Assembly: GCF_963921235.1 (NCBI RefSeq)
Contig: NC_086097.1
Coordinates: 216,754,001 to 216,818,000, forward strand
Reading direction: 5' to 3'
DNA from: Mobula hypostoma
Taxonomy: Eukaryota
Length of the DNA stretch: 64,000 bases
Below are positions 25,400 through 38,250 of this stretch, in pieces. Positions within the stretch are counted from its first letter, which is position 1; every line of letters begins with the position of its first letter. The translations under genes and the position numbers were made by a program. The notes beneath the pieces were generated by a model. It saw only the letters and a list, made by a program, of their open reading frames with translations. It did not search any database and had not been told where the DNA came from.

Positions 25400-26305
25400 T
25401 GATCTTTGATGATGTGATGTGAAGGCAGCTATTGTTGTGCACACAAATCTCAGATTGCACTCGCCCCAGAGCGCAGCATCCATGGAGACCTAGAGCTAAG
25501 ACGGTCCATCTGCCTGCTGCCCCTCCTTATACACTGATAGTTCACACTTTTTAGTTTTTTTGGGGATGTATGAGATATTTGAATGTTCACATTTATTGTC
25601 ATATTTTAATACTTCCTTACAGGTTGAACATTCCTGGGCCGTTGCATGCTGCAAGTGGAGTGAAACGAGAGGCTTCAGGGCCTGCAAACTCTGGCTACCC
25701 AATGAGTTCTGTTGAAACACGGGAGGAAGTAGAACTCATTGTGATCTTCAGGACACTACTTCTAATGGATTTCAGTAGCAAACACCTGCTATAACATGAG
25801 TTTGTGATACCAGGTAATCTCTATATTAATAACATCTCTGAAAAGAAGTCAAGAACCTGTAAATTCATTTGTGTCACTTTTGTTTCTGTAGGCAACATGA
25901 GTCCTTTGGTTAGCAGTTGTGAATGGTAATCAGTAGTTTGTAGCATGTTTGATAGCTTTCGAGCAGTTTTGCGAGTGTAATCCATATGTACTTTAAGCAC
26001 AGTAGTGACATTAACCATCATGTGATATTTGTTTAATAAATAACTTCACCATACCTTGGTCCCTGTATATGCAGTTCTAGTATAATAGTTGTGGTTGGGG
26101 GTGAGAGGTCCTAGATGCAGTACATCTCGTTTTAAACAAGGTTGATAGTTCCACTTTGGTGCTATGAGTCACAATAGGCCAGTTCCCAACTTGAGCTTTA
26201 ATACAGTATGCCTAGAAAATGTCATACATATTTGGAAGTTTCAGAATGGTATTATATGGGTCATTGGGGAGACAATAGTTGAAGAACAGAGCCAAATTTG
26301 AGCTT

Positions 26306-27226
26306 CACACATCAAAGTTGCTGGTGAACGCAGCAGGCCAGGCAGCATCTGTAGGAAGAGGTGCAGTCGACGTTTCAGGCCGAGACCCTTCGTCAGGACT
26401 AACTGAAGGAAGAGCGAGTAAGGGATTTGAAAGTTGGAGGGGGAGGGGGAGATCCAAAATGATAGGAAAAGACAGGAGGGGGAGGGATGGAGCCAAGAAC
26501 TGGACAGGTGATAGGCAAAAGGGGATATGAGAGGATCATGGGACAGGAGGTCTGGGAAGAAAGACAAGGGGGGGGGACCCAGAGGATGGGCACGAGGTAT
26601 ATTCAGAGGGACAGAGGGAGAAAAAGGAGAGTGAGAGAAAGAATGTGTGCATAAAAATAAGTAACAGATGGGGTACGAGGGGGAGGTGGGGCCTTAGTGG
26701 AAGTTAGAGAAGTCGATGTTCATGCCATCAGGTTGGAGGCTACCCAGATGGAATATAAGGTGTTGTTCCTCCAACCTGAGTGTGGCTTCATCTTTACAGT
26801 AGAGGAGGCCGTGAATAGACATGTCAGAATGGGAATGGGATGTGGAATTAAAATGTGTGGCCACTGGGAGATCCTGCTTTCTCTGGCGGACAGAGCGTAG
26901 ATGTTCAGCAAAGCGGTCTCCCAGTCTGCGTCGGGTCTCGCCAATATGTAAAAGGGAGCACAGGACGCAGTATATCACCCCAGTCGACTCACAGGTGAAG
27001 TGTTGCCTCACCTGGAAGGACTGTTTGGGGCCCTGAATGGGTGGTAAGGGAAGAAGTGTAAGGGCATATGTAGCACTTGTTCCGCTTACACAGATAAGTG
27101 CCAGGAGGGAGATCAGTGGGGAGGGATGGGGGGGGATGAATGGACAAGGGAGTTGCGTAGGGAGCGATCCCTGCGGAATGCAGAGGTGGGGGGAGGGAAA
27201 GATGTTCCCCAAATTCCCACTGCTCC
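26306..27226 (-). mobile_element. Penelope-like element, 5'-truncated: GIY-YIG endonuclease end plus terminal repeat
   Basis: FTCESTGVIYCVLCSLLHIGETRRRLGDRFAEHLRSV...PVATHFN...LEEQHLIFHLGSLQPDGMNIDF. Flanked by the 14-bp duplication CCAAATTTGAGCTT (26292-26305, 27227-27240). Confidence 0.92.
26365..26400 (-). ncRNA. Minimal hammerhead ribozyme motif in Penelope terminal repeat
   Basis: Minus strand AGTC-CTGACGA-AGG-GTCTCGG-CCT-GAAAC-GTC^GACT. Confidence 0.8.
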
Positions 27227-27654
27227 CCAAATTTGAGCTTGCATGCATATAGAAGCAGGTACTTGAAAGAATAATTGTAATTGTATTTGTCATTATTTGA
27301 TGTATTGAGGTAATAATATAAACCTAAATTTGCTAAAACAAAACTCAAAACATTAGAAAGATAAATCTGCTTTCAGATAAAACACCCAGCTTAATAGTAA
27401 AAGATGTATAAAAATTTTAATATGTTAAAAATTACAAGTTATACATCTATAAAATATCAGTTGGTCAAGACATAGCTATTGTTGATATTGGTGTGTCAAA
27501 ACTGTTAAACCTTTCAATGGCAAAGAATTGCAGGAAGCAATTCTCTTTTCATTCAGAACCAAATATGGAGCTTAACTTTGTTCTTCATACAGATTTTCAA
27601 TAAGGAATCTTTACAGGCTATATATTTTCATCCTTTCATGCCATGTCTTACCCA

Positions 27655-29322
27655 ATGACGTGAAATAACTCATAAATGGTCCACACAGGATAAAAATAAA
27701 GTTGAGGAAAAATTTCTAGGAAATGGATTTCTGAATGTTAAGGATGTTGAAAAGCATTCCAAACATTGATAGAATGCAAACCTGGAGGATGATTAATTGG
27801 TTGTCAGTCAAAGACTTTCGTGTCAGATTTGGGGTGGTGGGTTTGAGGCCTTAATTTGATTTAAGTCATGCTAGACCCAAATGCCTCACAGGGCCTTGCC
27901 AATCAAGTCCAAGGTGCTCAAGGTCAGCAAGTTAGATTTTATGGATTTGGACCAGGTAAGTATAAGGAAAAGGGGAATCTGAGCAGCAAGAATTGGTAAC
28001 AAGCTCCTCTCAGCAAAATCAGTGAAATTATGATCACAGAGTAGAGATCGAAACACAGTAACTTATGCTGCTTGAAAGATCATTGATTTTGTTGAAAGAG
28101 TAAGATGAATAAACTCCTGGAACTACCAAAGAACAAATTATGTTTAAGATATCATTGTCCCTTTGACTTTCAGAGAGTATTTTGACATTTGTGGTGTGGT
28201 ATGAATGTTGTCATGAAATATATCAGGCTTTAACAAATCGGAGTTCTCTCTGTCACAAGTAAATTATTCTTTAGTGTTTTTTTATCAATTGCATCTATTT
28301 ATGCTGCGTTATAAGTTCAGCCCGACCCCATGGTTCTCTGTTGAATAAACCATTTTGTTCTTCATTTCATTTATCCTGACGTGGACAGATCATTGAAAAT
28401 TATCTTTGAGTATTAGATTTAAGACCATAAGACCATAATTCATAGGAACAGAATCAGGCTATTCAGCCCATCAAGTATGCTCTGCCATTTCATCATTGCT
28501 GATTTACTAACCCTCTCAGCCCCATTCTCCTGCCTTCTCCCCATAACCTTTGAAGCCCTTACTGATCAAGAACCTGTCAACCTCCGCTTTAAATATACCG
28601 AAAGACGTGGCTGCCACAACCGCCTGTGGCAATGAATTCCACAGACTCACTGGACTCTAGCTAAAGAAATTCCTCAATCTCTATTCTAAAGTGATGTCCT
28701 TCTATTCAGAGGCTGTGCCGTCTGGTCTTAGACTCCCACATTATAGAAAACATTCTCTCCACATCCACTCTATTAAGGCCTTTCAATACCCAACAGGATT
28801 CAATAAGATCCCCTCATTCTTCTACTAACATGATACTAGAAATTTAGAAAATATACCCCTATTTGTCGCAAAGAGGCCCGTGGAAAATCTCTATCTCTCT
28901 TTATTTCTCTGCTTAATATTAGCTTTCTTTATGTTAATAGTGTGTCTTCCAGATGGAAGGCAGACAAATGACTTCCTTCAGTATTAGATCAGAAGGTTTT
29001 GATTTATTTTCTAAGTGGCTTGGTTTCTAATCTCACGCCTCAGGCTTTGGAGCGAGTTACTGCACATACCCTTGTACTTCAGCCTTCACATAAAGTTCCT
29101 TACTCTCATTCAACTTACTCCAATCTATTGCACTATGTAGTATTTCCCCTAAGTTTTTCTGCTTTCTCAGCACTACCTACCCCCTTCACCTATCTTTGTA
29201 TCATCTGTAAACTCAAAGACATCAATTCCATCATCCAAATCATTGACATGTAATGTGAAAACAAGAGGTCCCAACATCAACCCCTGCAGAACTACACTAG
29301 TTACCGTCAACCAACCAGAAAA
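27655..29322 (+). repeat. Segmental duplication copy B
   Basis: Collinear with copy A. Lacks the LTR-like insert and the ~0.9 kb that copy A has at ~23096-24015. Confidence 0.9.
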
Positions 29323-29669
29323 ACTCTCAATGGAAATTTTTATCAGAAAATCCAGACTTACTAAATTATTTTGGTATATGTCCATTAAAGTAACGATAGT
29401 AAAACGTAGATATCATATATGTTCTTAAAATTTCTAAAAATTCTAATCCATTGAGTTTTAATCCAAATATTTAATTTATCTCTGATTACTAACCATTGCA
29501 CCCTGACTATATTGATTTCAGGATCAGTTTATGATGCCTCCAAGCTCGATCATCTGTAGTCATTGTACATCAGTAATCCAGCTATCCAACATGAAAAATA
29601 AATTTTGATGCCATATCTGTCATATTGAATCTAATCATATTAACATTAATTTGTAAACTTGTAACAACT

Positions 29670-30327
29670 CCAAAGTGCAATGTTAGCATTCATTTCAAGA
29701 GGTCTCGAATACAAGAGTAGGGATGTGATGCTGAGGCTTTATAAGGCACTGGTGAGGCTTCACCTTGAGTATTGTGAACAGTTTTGGGCTCCTCATTCTA
29801 AAGATGTGCTGGCATTGTAGAGGGTTTTGAGGAGGTTTACGGAAATGAAAGGGTTATCATACGGGGAAGGCTTTATAGCTCTGGGTCTGTACTTGCTGGA
29901 ATTTAGAAGGATGCGGCGGGGGGAGGTTCTCATTGAAACCTTTTGAATGTTGAAAAGCCTAGACAGAGCAGACATAGAAAGGATGTTTCCCATGGTGGGG
30001 GAGTCTAGGACAAGAGGGCACAGCCTCAGGATAGAGGGACATCCATTTAAAACAGAGATGTGGAGAAATTTCTTTTGTCAAGAGGGTGGTGAACTGGTGG
30101 AGTTTGTTACCACAGGCAGTTGTAGAGGCCAGGTTGTTGCATGTATTTAAAGCAGAGATTGATAGGTCCTTGATTAGCCACGGCATCAGAGGTTATGGAG
30201 AGAAGGCCAGGGAGTGGGGCTGAGGAAAGCAAAAAAGGATCAGCCATGACTGAACGGCGGAGCAGACTCGATGGGCCAAATGGCCTAATTCTGCTCCTAT
30301 GTCTTACGGTTTTATGGTCTTATGGTC
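29670..30327 (+). mobile_element. CR1 LINE 3' end
   Basis: RLYKALVRLHLEYCEQFWAP...ESRTRGHSLRI plus (ATGGTCTT)n tail. Confidence 0.85.
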
Positions 30328-31429
30328 TAAAATAGCAACACTTTTAGCTGTATCAAAATGTTGCAAATAATATCTTTAGTAAAAGCCTATTAGCTATTTT
30401 TTTGAAATAATAGCTTACTCACTCAGTTTCTAATGAACACAAGAGCTTCCATAGCAATGTTAAAAAGTATGAGAGATAGTGAGTCTCCTAGCTTCACTTC
30501 CTTCTGTCAAGGGTGAGTTAACTACCAGGAGAGTTATCTACAACAACACCATCTCTAGACATATGTCTAAGCCTATCAATCTCAGTTGTCTTTTAATAAT
30601 CTGATAAAAATTTGTTTTGGTTATGTATTTTACTACGTTTGTAAATATAACACTCAGTACGTTGTCTAGTTCTAATATCAGATTGTTTCTTCTGTACTGC
30701 AATGGATTTTTTAAATCTTTAGATGTTTGCTTACTAATAGTTAGAGTTTTTCTTGGACTTCTTATTACTAGGTGAATATGATACTCATGCTGTCCAAGTC
30801 AAATTTCTGTATGAGCGATGCTGCAAAGGATTCCCGTTTACCAAAGTTGGATTTTCGACCAATTCCTTTAGTGTGATGTCAAGCAATTTCTCGGAAATTG
30901 CTGCAGAGAAATAGGATGACATAGTAAATTGCTATCATTCTTGTGTGAAGTTGCACAAATTGTAAATATGGACAGTGCACTTCCTGTAGGGAGCCGCATT
31001 AGTGCTTCCAACGTTTTCCCAACATCAGTTGTACACCTAATTACATTGCTAATTGCAAACTTATTACTGCCTGTCCAAATAAATTGGAGCTCAAAACATC
31101 ACATAGTGTTTGGGACATATTCAAACCAAGAGCACATACTGTTGGTTTGTTATTTTTCTGCCTATTGGAAAGGATACACCATTGACATTGAGAGCTCTGA
31201 CAGGGTAGCTTCAGGCTGTTTAGACACATTCCAAGTCTGCAGAGCGTGCAAATAACTAACTGTGAGGTTCTCTCTGCACTAAGCTGCTGAGATATATGTA
31301 CATTCCACAGATGCAGCAGTAGTAACAGTAATGGTTGCATTTCAGTACTTGGCTGGGCAGTGATGGCTTTGGCCAGGGAGGCTCAGAAACCTTAGGGTAC
31401 GAAGCAGTGACATGACCAACTGTAAATAG

Positions 31430-31920
31430 ATTTCAAAGTCAAAAGGTCAAAGTAAATTTATCATCAAAGTACATATATGTCACTATATACAATCATGAGA
31501 TTCATTTTCTTGTAGGTATACTTAATAAATCCAATAACCATAATAGAATCGATGAAAGACGATTTAAACTGGGTGTACAACCAGTGTGCAAAAGACAACA
31601 AACTGCAAATACAAAAGGAAAGAAGAGATAAAAATATTAATAATATTAATAAATAAATAAACAATAAAAATCAAGACCATAAGATGAAGAGTACTTGAAA
31701 GTGAATCCATAGGGTGTGGGAACATTTCAGTGATGGGGCAAGTGAAGTTATCCCCTCTGTCTCAAGACCCTGATCGTTGAGGGGTAATAACTGTTCCTGA
31801 ACCTGGTGGTGTGAATCCTGAGGCTCCTTTACCTTCTTCCTGATGGTGAAGAGAGCATGTCCTGGATGGTAGAGGTCACTAATGATGGATGCTGCTTTCT
31901 TTGTAACAACACTGTGTATA
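31430..31920 (-). mobile_element. Rex1/Babar-type LINE 3' fragment
   Basis: Reverse complement of the 13535-14160 family. Confidence 0.75.
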
Positions 31921-31989
31921 GGTGTTTAGTAACACCAGTCCTATCTGGAGCATGCTAATGATGAAATACAGGCTGTCTCCACCATTGAG

Positions 31990-32925
31990 GCTGCCCTCAC
32001 CTGCTTCACACCGTCGTCCTGCTGCTTTGTCCTCATCTACCACCTCATGAGCCTCTACATCCAACACATTATTCCCAATCACCTGCCAACTTCAATGAGA
32101 CCCTACTACCGAACACATCTTTACTTGCCCCCACCCCATTCTTCACTTTCAACAGGGATCTCTCCTTTCATGATTCCCTTGTCCATTCATCTTGCCTCAC
32201 GAGTCTCCCTCCTGGCATGTATCCCTGCATTCAAGACCCCAAACAGTCCTTCTAGGTGAGGCAACACTTCACTTGTCTGCTACGTCCAGTGCTCCTGATG
32301 TGGCCTCCTATATATTGGTGAGATCCAACATAAATTGAGAAGCTGCTTTGTCTAGCACTTCTGCCCCATTCACAAAAAGCCATATTTCTCAGTGATCAAC
32401 CATTTTAATCCCTATTCCCATTCCTGTTTTGCCATGTTGGTCCACAGCCTCCTCTTCTGCCATGATTAAGCCACACTCAGGTTGGAGAAGCAATACTTCA
32501 AATTCCATCTAAGGAGCCTCCGATAAGATGGCATAAACATCAATTTCTCCTTCTGGTATTTTTCGCCTACCCCTTCCCTCTTCTTTTATTCACTACTCTG
32601 TCCTCTTACCTCTTCACACCTGTCTATCACCTCACCATGGTGCCCTTCCTCCTTCCTTTTCTCCTATGGTCCACTCTCCTCTCCTATCAAATTCCTTCTT
32701 CTCCAGGCCTTTGCCTTTTCCTTCTCAGCTTCTTACTCATTACCCCTTCCCCCATCACTTGGCTCCACCTATCGCCTTCTAGCTTGGCCTCCTTCCTCTC
32801 ATCCCACCTTCTTATTCTGGCATTTTCCCCTTTCTTTCTGGTACTGAAGAAGGGTCTCAATTCATTTCTATAGATGCTACCTGACCTGTTGAATTCCTCC
32901 AGCATTTTGTGTGTGTGTTGCTCCA
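31990..32925 (+). mobile_element. Decayed Penelope-like element (GIY-YIG region and terminal repeat)
   Basis: Collinear with 26306-27226 (CCCAAACAGTCCTTC...TATATTGGTGAGA...CACTCAGGTTGGAG), with many indels. Confidence 0.8.
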
Positions 32926-34369
32926 GAAGACCTGACTTAAACAAATCTGACTTTACATAAATTCTACTGTCAGATTTAGTCCTCCATTCCTGCACTGGAA
33001 ACAAAGCAGAGATCTCCCACAGAAAAAGCCAATGTTTCGCCGAATTAGACCAGGTAAGAATAAATGTGGCAAACCCTGAGCCACATCTTATTAGCACACA
33101 CTTTCCTTATTAAACTTCTGATAGCTACCTCACTTCTTAGCAACCAGCTCCACCCATCTCACCACCTGGGCTGCATTCAGACCAACATTTGTCACAGTCC
33201 ACTTGCTGTAACAATGCCTGACACCTATGCTGACCTTCCCTAACCTATTCTTTGCAAATCAGTCCCCAAAGGCTGTTGATACTTTTATATTTCTGACTTA
33301 TGGAAAATTTGGTTTACAGTCAGTCCTCAAGAAGGGAACCCATATGTATCCTGTTGATCCCCTATAATGGCAAGCACAGACTTTCCAAGTCCCATTCCAG
33401 AGCTGTATGTGTGCCACATCTCATCGCCAAACTACTTTGGCGAGATCAATTTCAAGTTGCTGATGAGAATATGTTTAAGGATCAACGCCGTCCTCCAGTC
33501 ACTATGAAGCAAATTATGAAACTAAGGCCAGCTGCACTTTAGTGTATCCTTTCAAGGGGGTTAAACATCATACTGATGTTCCAGGCTGTTTCTAGCTAGT
33601 TCCATGACTCTTTCTAGAAATCCTGATTTGACATGGGCATAGAAATATAACAGTGTTTTGGTGTAACAAAGAAGGATCCTATCCAAATTATGACAAGCCT
33701 TTCCTATTATATTGACTACATGTGATTTCAACCGTATTAATCTAATATTTAATCTTGGTGTGTTTTTAATAAAAGCCCCAATTTCAGTAAAATTTATATT
33801 ACATAAATTGCAAATATATATTTGAAAGAACATTTGGAAAAGGATTGACAGTGGGGTGATACTGTGAGCAGAAGCAAAGCATGGGATAAAGCAGTAGCCA
33901 GCAAGAGCAGGTATCTAATCAGGGTAGCCAGGCACATAGTAAAGGCAGAGAAAGAAATACTTAGTCAGACTGCATCATACCTGCCAATCTCTAACTGCAC
34001 TACAAGATAATCTACCTTATTCTGTATACTGCATGCATTCAAATATACCACTTAGTCATTCCTATATTCATCGCCCTTTTTGATTTTGCTTGCATGTTAC
34101 ACTTCAACTCATCCCACTGACTGCAATTTTGCCGTATCATCTGCCTTTCCATCTTCACAGTCTCATTACACTCTGCATCAACTTGTATACCATCCTCATC
34201 CTTACTCCTTTCACTCTGGTTCCCATCCCCCTGCCAGTTTGGTTTAAACCATCCCCAATGGTTCTGGCAAACCTGCCCACAAGGATATCCTTGCTTTTAT
34301 ATTCTAGTCCTCTCTAAATGAATGCAACATAACATTTGTATTCCTTACAACCAATTTAACCTATCAAGA

Positions 34370-36960
34370 ACATGACAGCAGATGTCCAGGAGCAGTATCC
34401 TCTTGTTAGGGTGCAGGGTAAACCTGGAAAATTTAGGGATCCTTGGCTGATGAGAGATATGGAAGCCCTGGTTAAGGAAAAGAAGGAAGCCAGAGCTGGG
34501 TTTTGGGGGTCCAAGATGAGACGATTCCTTGAAAACAATAAAAAGATTAAGAACACATTTAAGAGGGAAATCAGAAGGACAAAGGGAGGATAAGAGATCG
34601 ATCTGGCAGGTGATGTTAAAGGAAATCCTAAGAGGCCCGTTTGCTATATCAAAAGTAAAAGGGTGACTAGGGAAAGAGTAAGTCTCAGTGTTTCCTGATG
34701 AAACATTTGTGATAGAAACATAGAAGGATCCAAGGTTAACTCTTTATAAGGGTTAATGACAGGAAACTGAACTGCTCTACCTTATAAACACCATGGCTAT
34801 CAGAGCAGGTCAAAGGCTAGGAATCCTACAGCGTGTAACTCACCTCCTGACTCCCCAAAGCCTGTCCACCATTTCCAAGGCTGAGGTCAGGAGTGTTATA
34901 GAATACTTCGCCACTCGCCTGGATGAGTGCAGCTCCATCAACACTCAAGAAACTTGACACCATCCAGTACAAGGCAGCCCACTTGATTGGTGCCACTTCC
35001 ACAAGCATCCAATCCCTCCACCATTGATGAACAGTTGCAGCAGTGTGTATGACCTACAAGATGCACTGCAACAACACACCAATTTTCTAAGGCAGCGCCC
35101 ACCTTCCAGACCCATGACCACTGCCATCTAGAAGGACGAGAACAGCAGATACCTGGGAACACCACCATTTGGAAATCCCAATCCAAGTCACTCACCATCC
35201 TGACTTGGAAACATATCGCCGTTCCTTCATTGTCGCTGAGTCAAAATCATGGAATTCTCTCCCTAACAGCACTGTGGGTGTACCTGCACCTCAGAGACTG
35301 CAGCGGTTCAAGAAGGCAGCTCATCACCACCTTCTCAAGGGCAACTAGGGGCGGGCAATAGAAGAGTTAATTTTGATTGTTCAAGAGAAAAGGGAAACAA
35401 GTTGTGATATTTTGAAGGACATTCATATTACCAGGAATGAGATATTTGCCGCCTTACAGCACATTTAGGTGATTAAGTACCCAGGGCTTGACTGAGTGTA
35501 CCCTCAGATTTTGTGGGAGGCTGGAAAAGAAATTGTGGAGAAACTTGCAGAGATACTTGCTTCATCATTAGCGACTGATGAAGTCCCTGAAGACTGGAAA
35601 GTGGCGAATGCTGTTCTACTGTTTAGAAAGTGTCGCAAGAAAAAGCCAGGAACTACAGGCCAGGTAGTTCCCTACAATGGTAATGGGAGAGTTACTGAAG
35701 GGAATTCTAAGGGATAGGATCTACCAGCATTTGGACAGACAGAGTCTGATTAGAAAGAATCAGCATGGTTTTGTGTGTGCAAATTCACTCTTGATAACCT
35801 TGTAGATTTTTGAAAAGATAACTGAAAATGAAGATGAAGGTAGAGCAGTGGGTGTTGTCTATTTGGACTTTAATGAGGTCCCACATGGTATGCTGTATTG
35901 GAAGTTTATATCCCATGGAATCCAGGAAGAGCTAGTTAGGTGAATACAAAATTGCCTCAGAAGTAGGAAGCAGAGGCTGGTGGTTGAAGATTGTTTCTCT
36001 GAGTGGAGGCCGGTGACCAGTAGTGTACTGCATGGGTTTGCATTGGGACCCTTGTATTCGTTATTCATATGAATGATTTGGGTGTGAATGCATACCGTTT
36101 GCACGCAACCTTCTTATTTGTAATGAAGAAGGTATCATAGTTTACAAGGGAATTTTTATCATTTAGGGAGTTGGGCCAAGGAGTGATACATGGATTTCAA
36201 TACAGATAAGTGTAAGGTGATGCATTTTGGAAAGTCAAACTAATGTATGACTTATCCAATAAATTTTGGGGCACAAGAGACTGTAATGGAACTGAGTACT
36301 AGGAGTACAGGTACATAGTTTGGTTAAATTGGCATCACAGGTAGACAGAGTGGTGAAAAAGTAACAGCATGTTGGCTTTCATCATTCAGAGCTTTGAGTT
36401 GAGACAGTATGTCGCAGTTGTATAATTCACTGGTGAGGCGGCACTTGGAGTACTGTGTACAGTTATAGTCACCCAGTTGTGGTTAAATTGGAAGGAGTAT
36501 AGAAAATGTTCATGAAGTTGTGCTTTAAGACTAAAGGGCCAGTGTTATAGGGAGAGGTTGGCAAGACTTGGTCTTTACTCTTTGTAACATAATAGAATAA
36601 GAGCGATCTTATGGAAATATTTAAAATTATGAGAGGCATAGATAAGGTTGAGTTAATAGTCTTTTCCCCAGGGTAATGGAGTCCAAAATTAGGGAGAATA
36701 GATTTGGGGTGTAAGGGAAAAAAATTAAAAGGGATATGAGGGGCAACTTTTTCCATGCAGAGGGTGGTGAGTATACGGAACGAGCTGTCAGAGAAAGTGG
36801 TTGAGGCAAATACAAGAGTATCAATTAAGAAGCAGCAAATAGGTACATGCAGGGATCAGATTGAGAGTGTTATGGGCTGAATGCAGGAAATTGGACTAGC
36901 TGGGTGGGCAGCATAGTCAGCATAAACTCACTCAGCCCAAGGGTCTGTATCCTTGCTTTA
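34370..36960 (+). mobile_element. Decayed CR1 ORF2, interrupted by an L2/Crack-like LINE
   Basis: VPEDWKVANAVLLFRK, HGFV and downstream CR1 C-terminal remnants. Confidence 0.8.
34724..35360 (+). mobile_element. L2/Crack-like LINE 3' fragment (clade tentative)
   Basis: Same family and same 5' start as 37569-38250. Confidence 0.65.
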
Positions 36961-37568
36961 TGACAAAGAATGTCGGATATATTAATGTTAACCTGGTGAA
37001 TGTAACTTCAGTGGCCTATAGGTTCAAATTTGACATTGTATAATCAATTATTATCAGCATTATTTTAGACACTATTTTAAGTCTATTAAAATAGTAAAAA
37101 TTGCTAAAGTCATTAATACTGCTATGATTGCTAATAGCATCAAAGTCATTACATTAAAATCTCTTATGTCTCTTAGCCTAGAAATAATTATTTTTCGATT
37201 TCACCACATCTAAGGCATGTTCAGTCTTGCCGTGCTAAACTGAATGATGTGTGAATGAGTTTCTAGGTCATGAATCTTTTCTCCAACAGCACCTGGATCT
37301 ACCACTTGCATAATCCTCATTAGTGCTGTAGATTGGTGACCTGAGGATATTCAGAGAGAAATTGCACATAAAATTTATGAGTTTGTGGGTGTGTGTGTGT
37401 GCAGCCTTCATCTGTCAGGATCATTTTGCCAATTGTAAATATCATTCCTAAGAAATTTGTTTATGGTGAGAAATACATCCGTCACAAATTTACATTCTTT
37501 TTATTATGACTGGGAGTCCACTGCAGTGCATTGGATGCTGTATATATGTCACTGAGGGGTAGTATTAA

Positions 37569-38250
37569 AAGGATCCAAGGTTAACTCTTTTTAGGGGTTA
37601 CTATTGACAGGAAACTGAACTGGTCTACCTTATAAAGACCGTGGCTACCAGAGCAGGTCAAAGGCTAGGAATCCTGTGGCGTGTAACTCACCTCCTGACT
37701 CCCCAAAGCCTGTCCACCATCTCCAAGGTTCAGGTCAGGAGTGTAGTGGAATACTCGCCACTCGCCTGGATGAGTGCAGTTCCATCAACACTCAAAAAGC
37801 TTGACACCATCCAGTACGAGGCAGCCCACTTGATTGGTATCACTTCCACAAACATCCAATCCCTCCACCATCAGCGAACAGTTGCAGCAGTGTGTACGAT
37901 CTACAAGATGCACGGCAACAACACACCAATTTCCTAAGGAAGCACCTTCCAGACCCACGACCACTACCATCTAGAAAGATGAGAACAGCAGATACCTGGG
38001 AACACCACCATTTGGAAATCCCCATCCAAGTCATTCACTATCCTAACATGAAAACATATCGCCGTTCCTTCATTGTTGCTGGGTCAAAATCATGGAATTC
38101 CCTCCCTAACAGCACTGTGGGTGTACCTACACCTCAGAGACTGCAGCGTTTCAAGAAGGCTGCTCATCACCACCTTCTCAAGGGTAACTAGGGACGGGCA
38201 ATAAATGCTGGATTTGCTGGTGATGCCCACATCTCGCAAATGAATAAATA
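37569..38250 (+). mobile_element. L2/Crack-like LINE 3' fragment (clade tentative)
   Basis: AGQRLGILWRVTHLLTPQSLSTISKVQVRSVVEYSPLAW...SKSWNSLPNS...FKKAAHHHLLKG, followed by AATAAA and an A-rich tail. Confidence 0.7.

Noticed and set aside
25701..25740. 10-bp inverted repeat AATGAGTTCT/AGAACTCATT
   Set aside because: Too short to distinguish from chance.
30772..31340. Exon-like open frames on both strands (e.g. ISEKLLDITLKELVENPTL on minus)
   Set aside because: No recognisable protein, and no consistent donor/acceptor chain to support a call.
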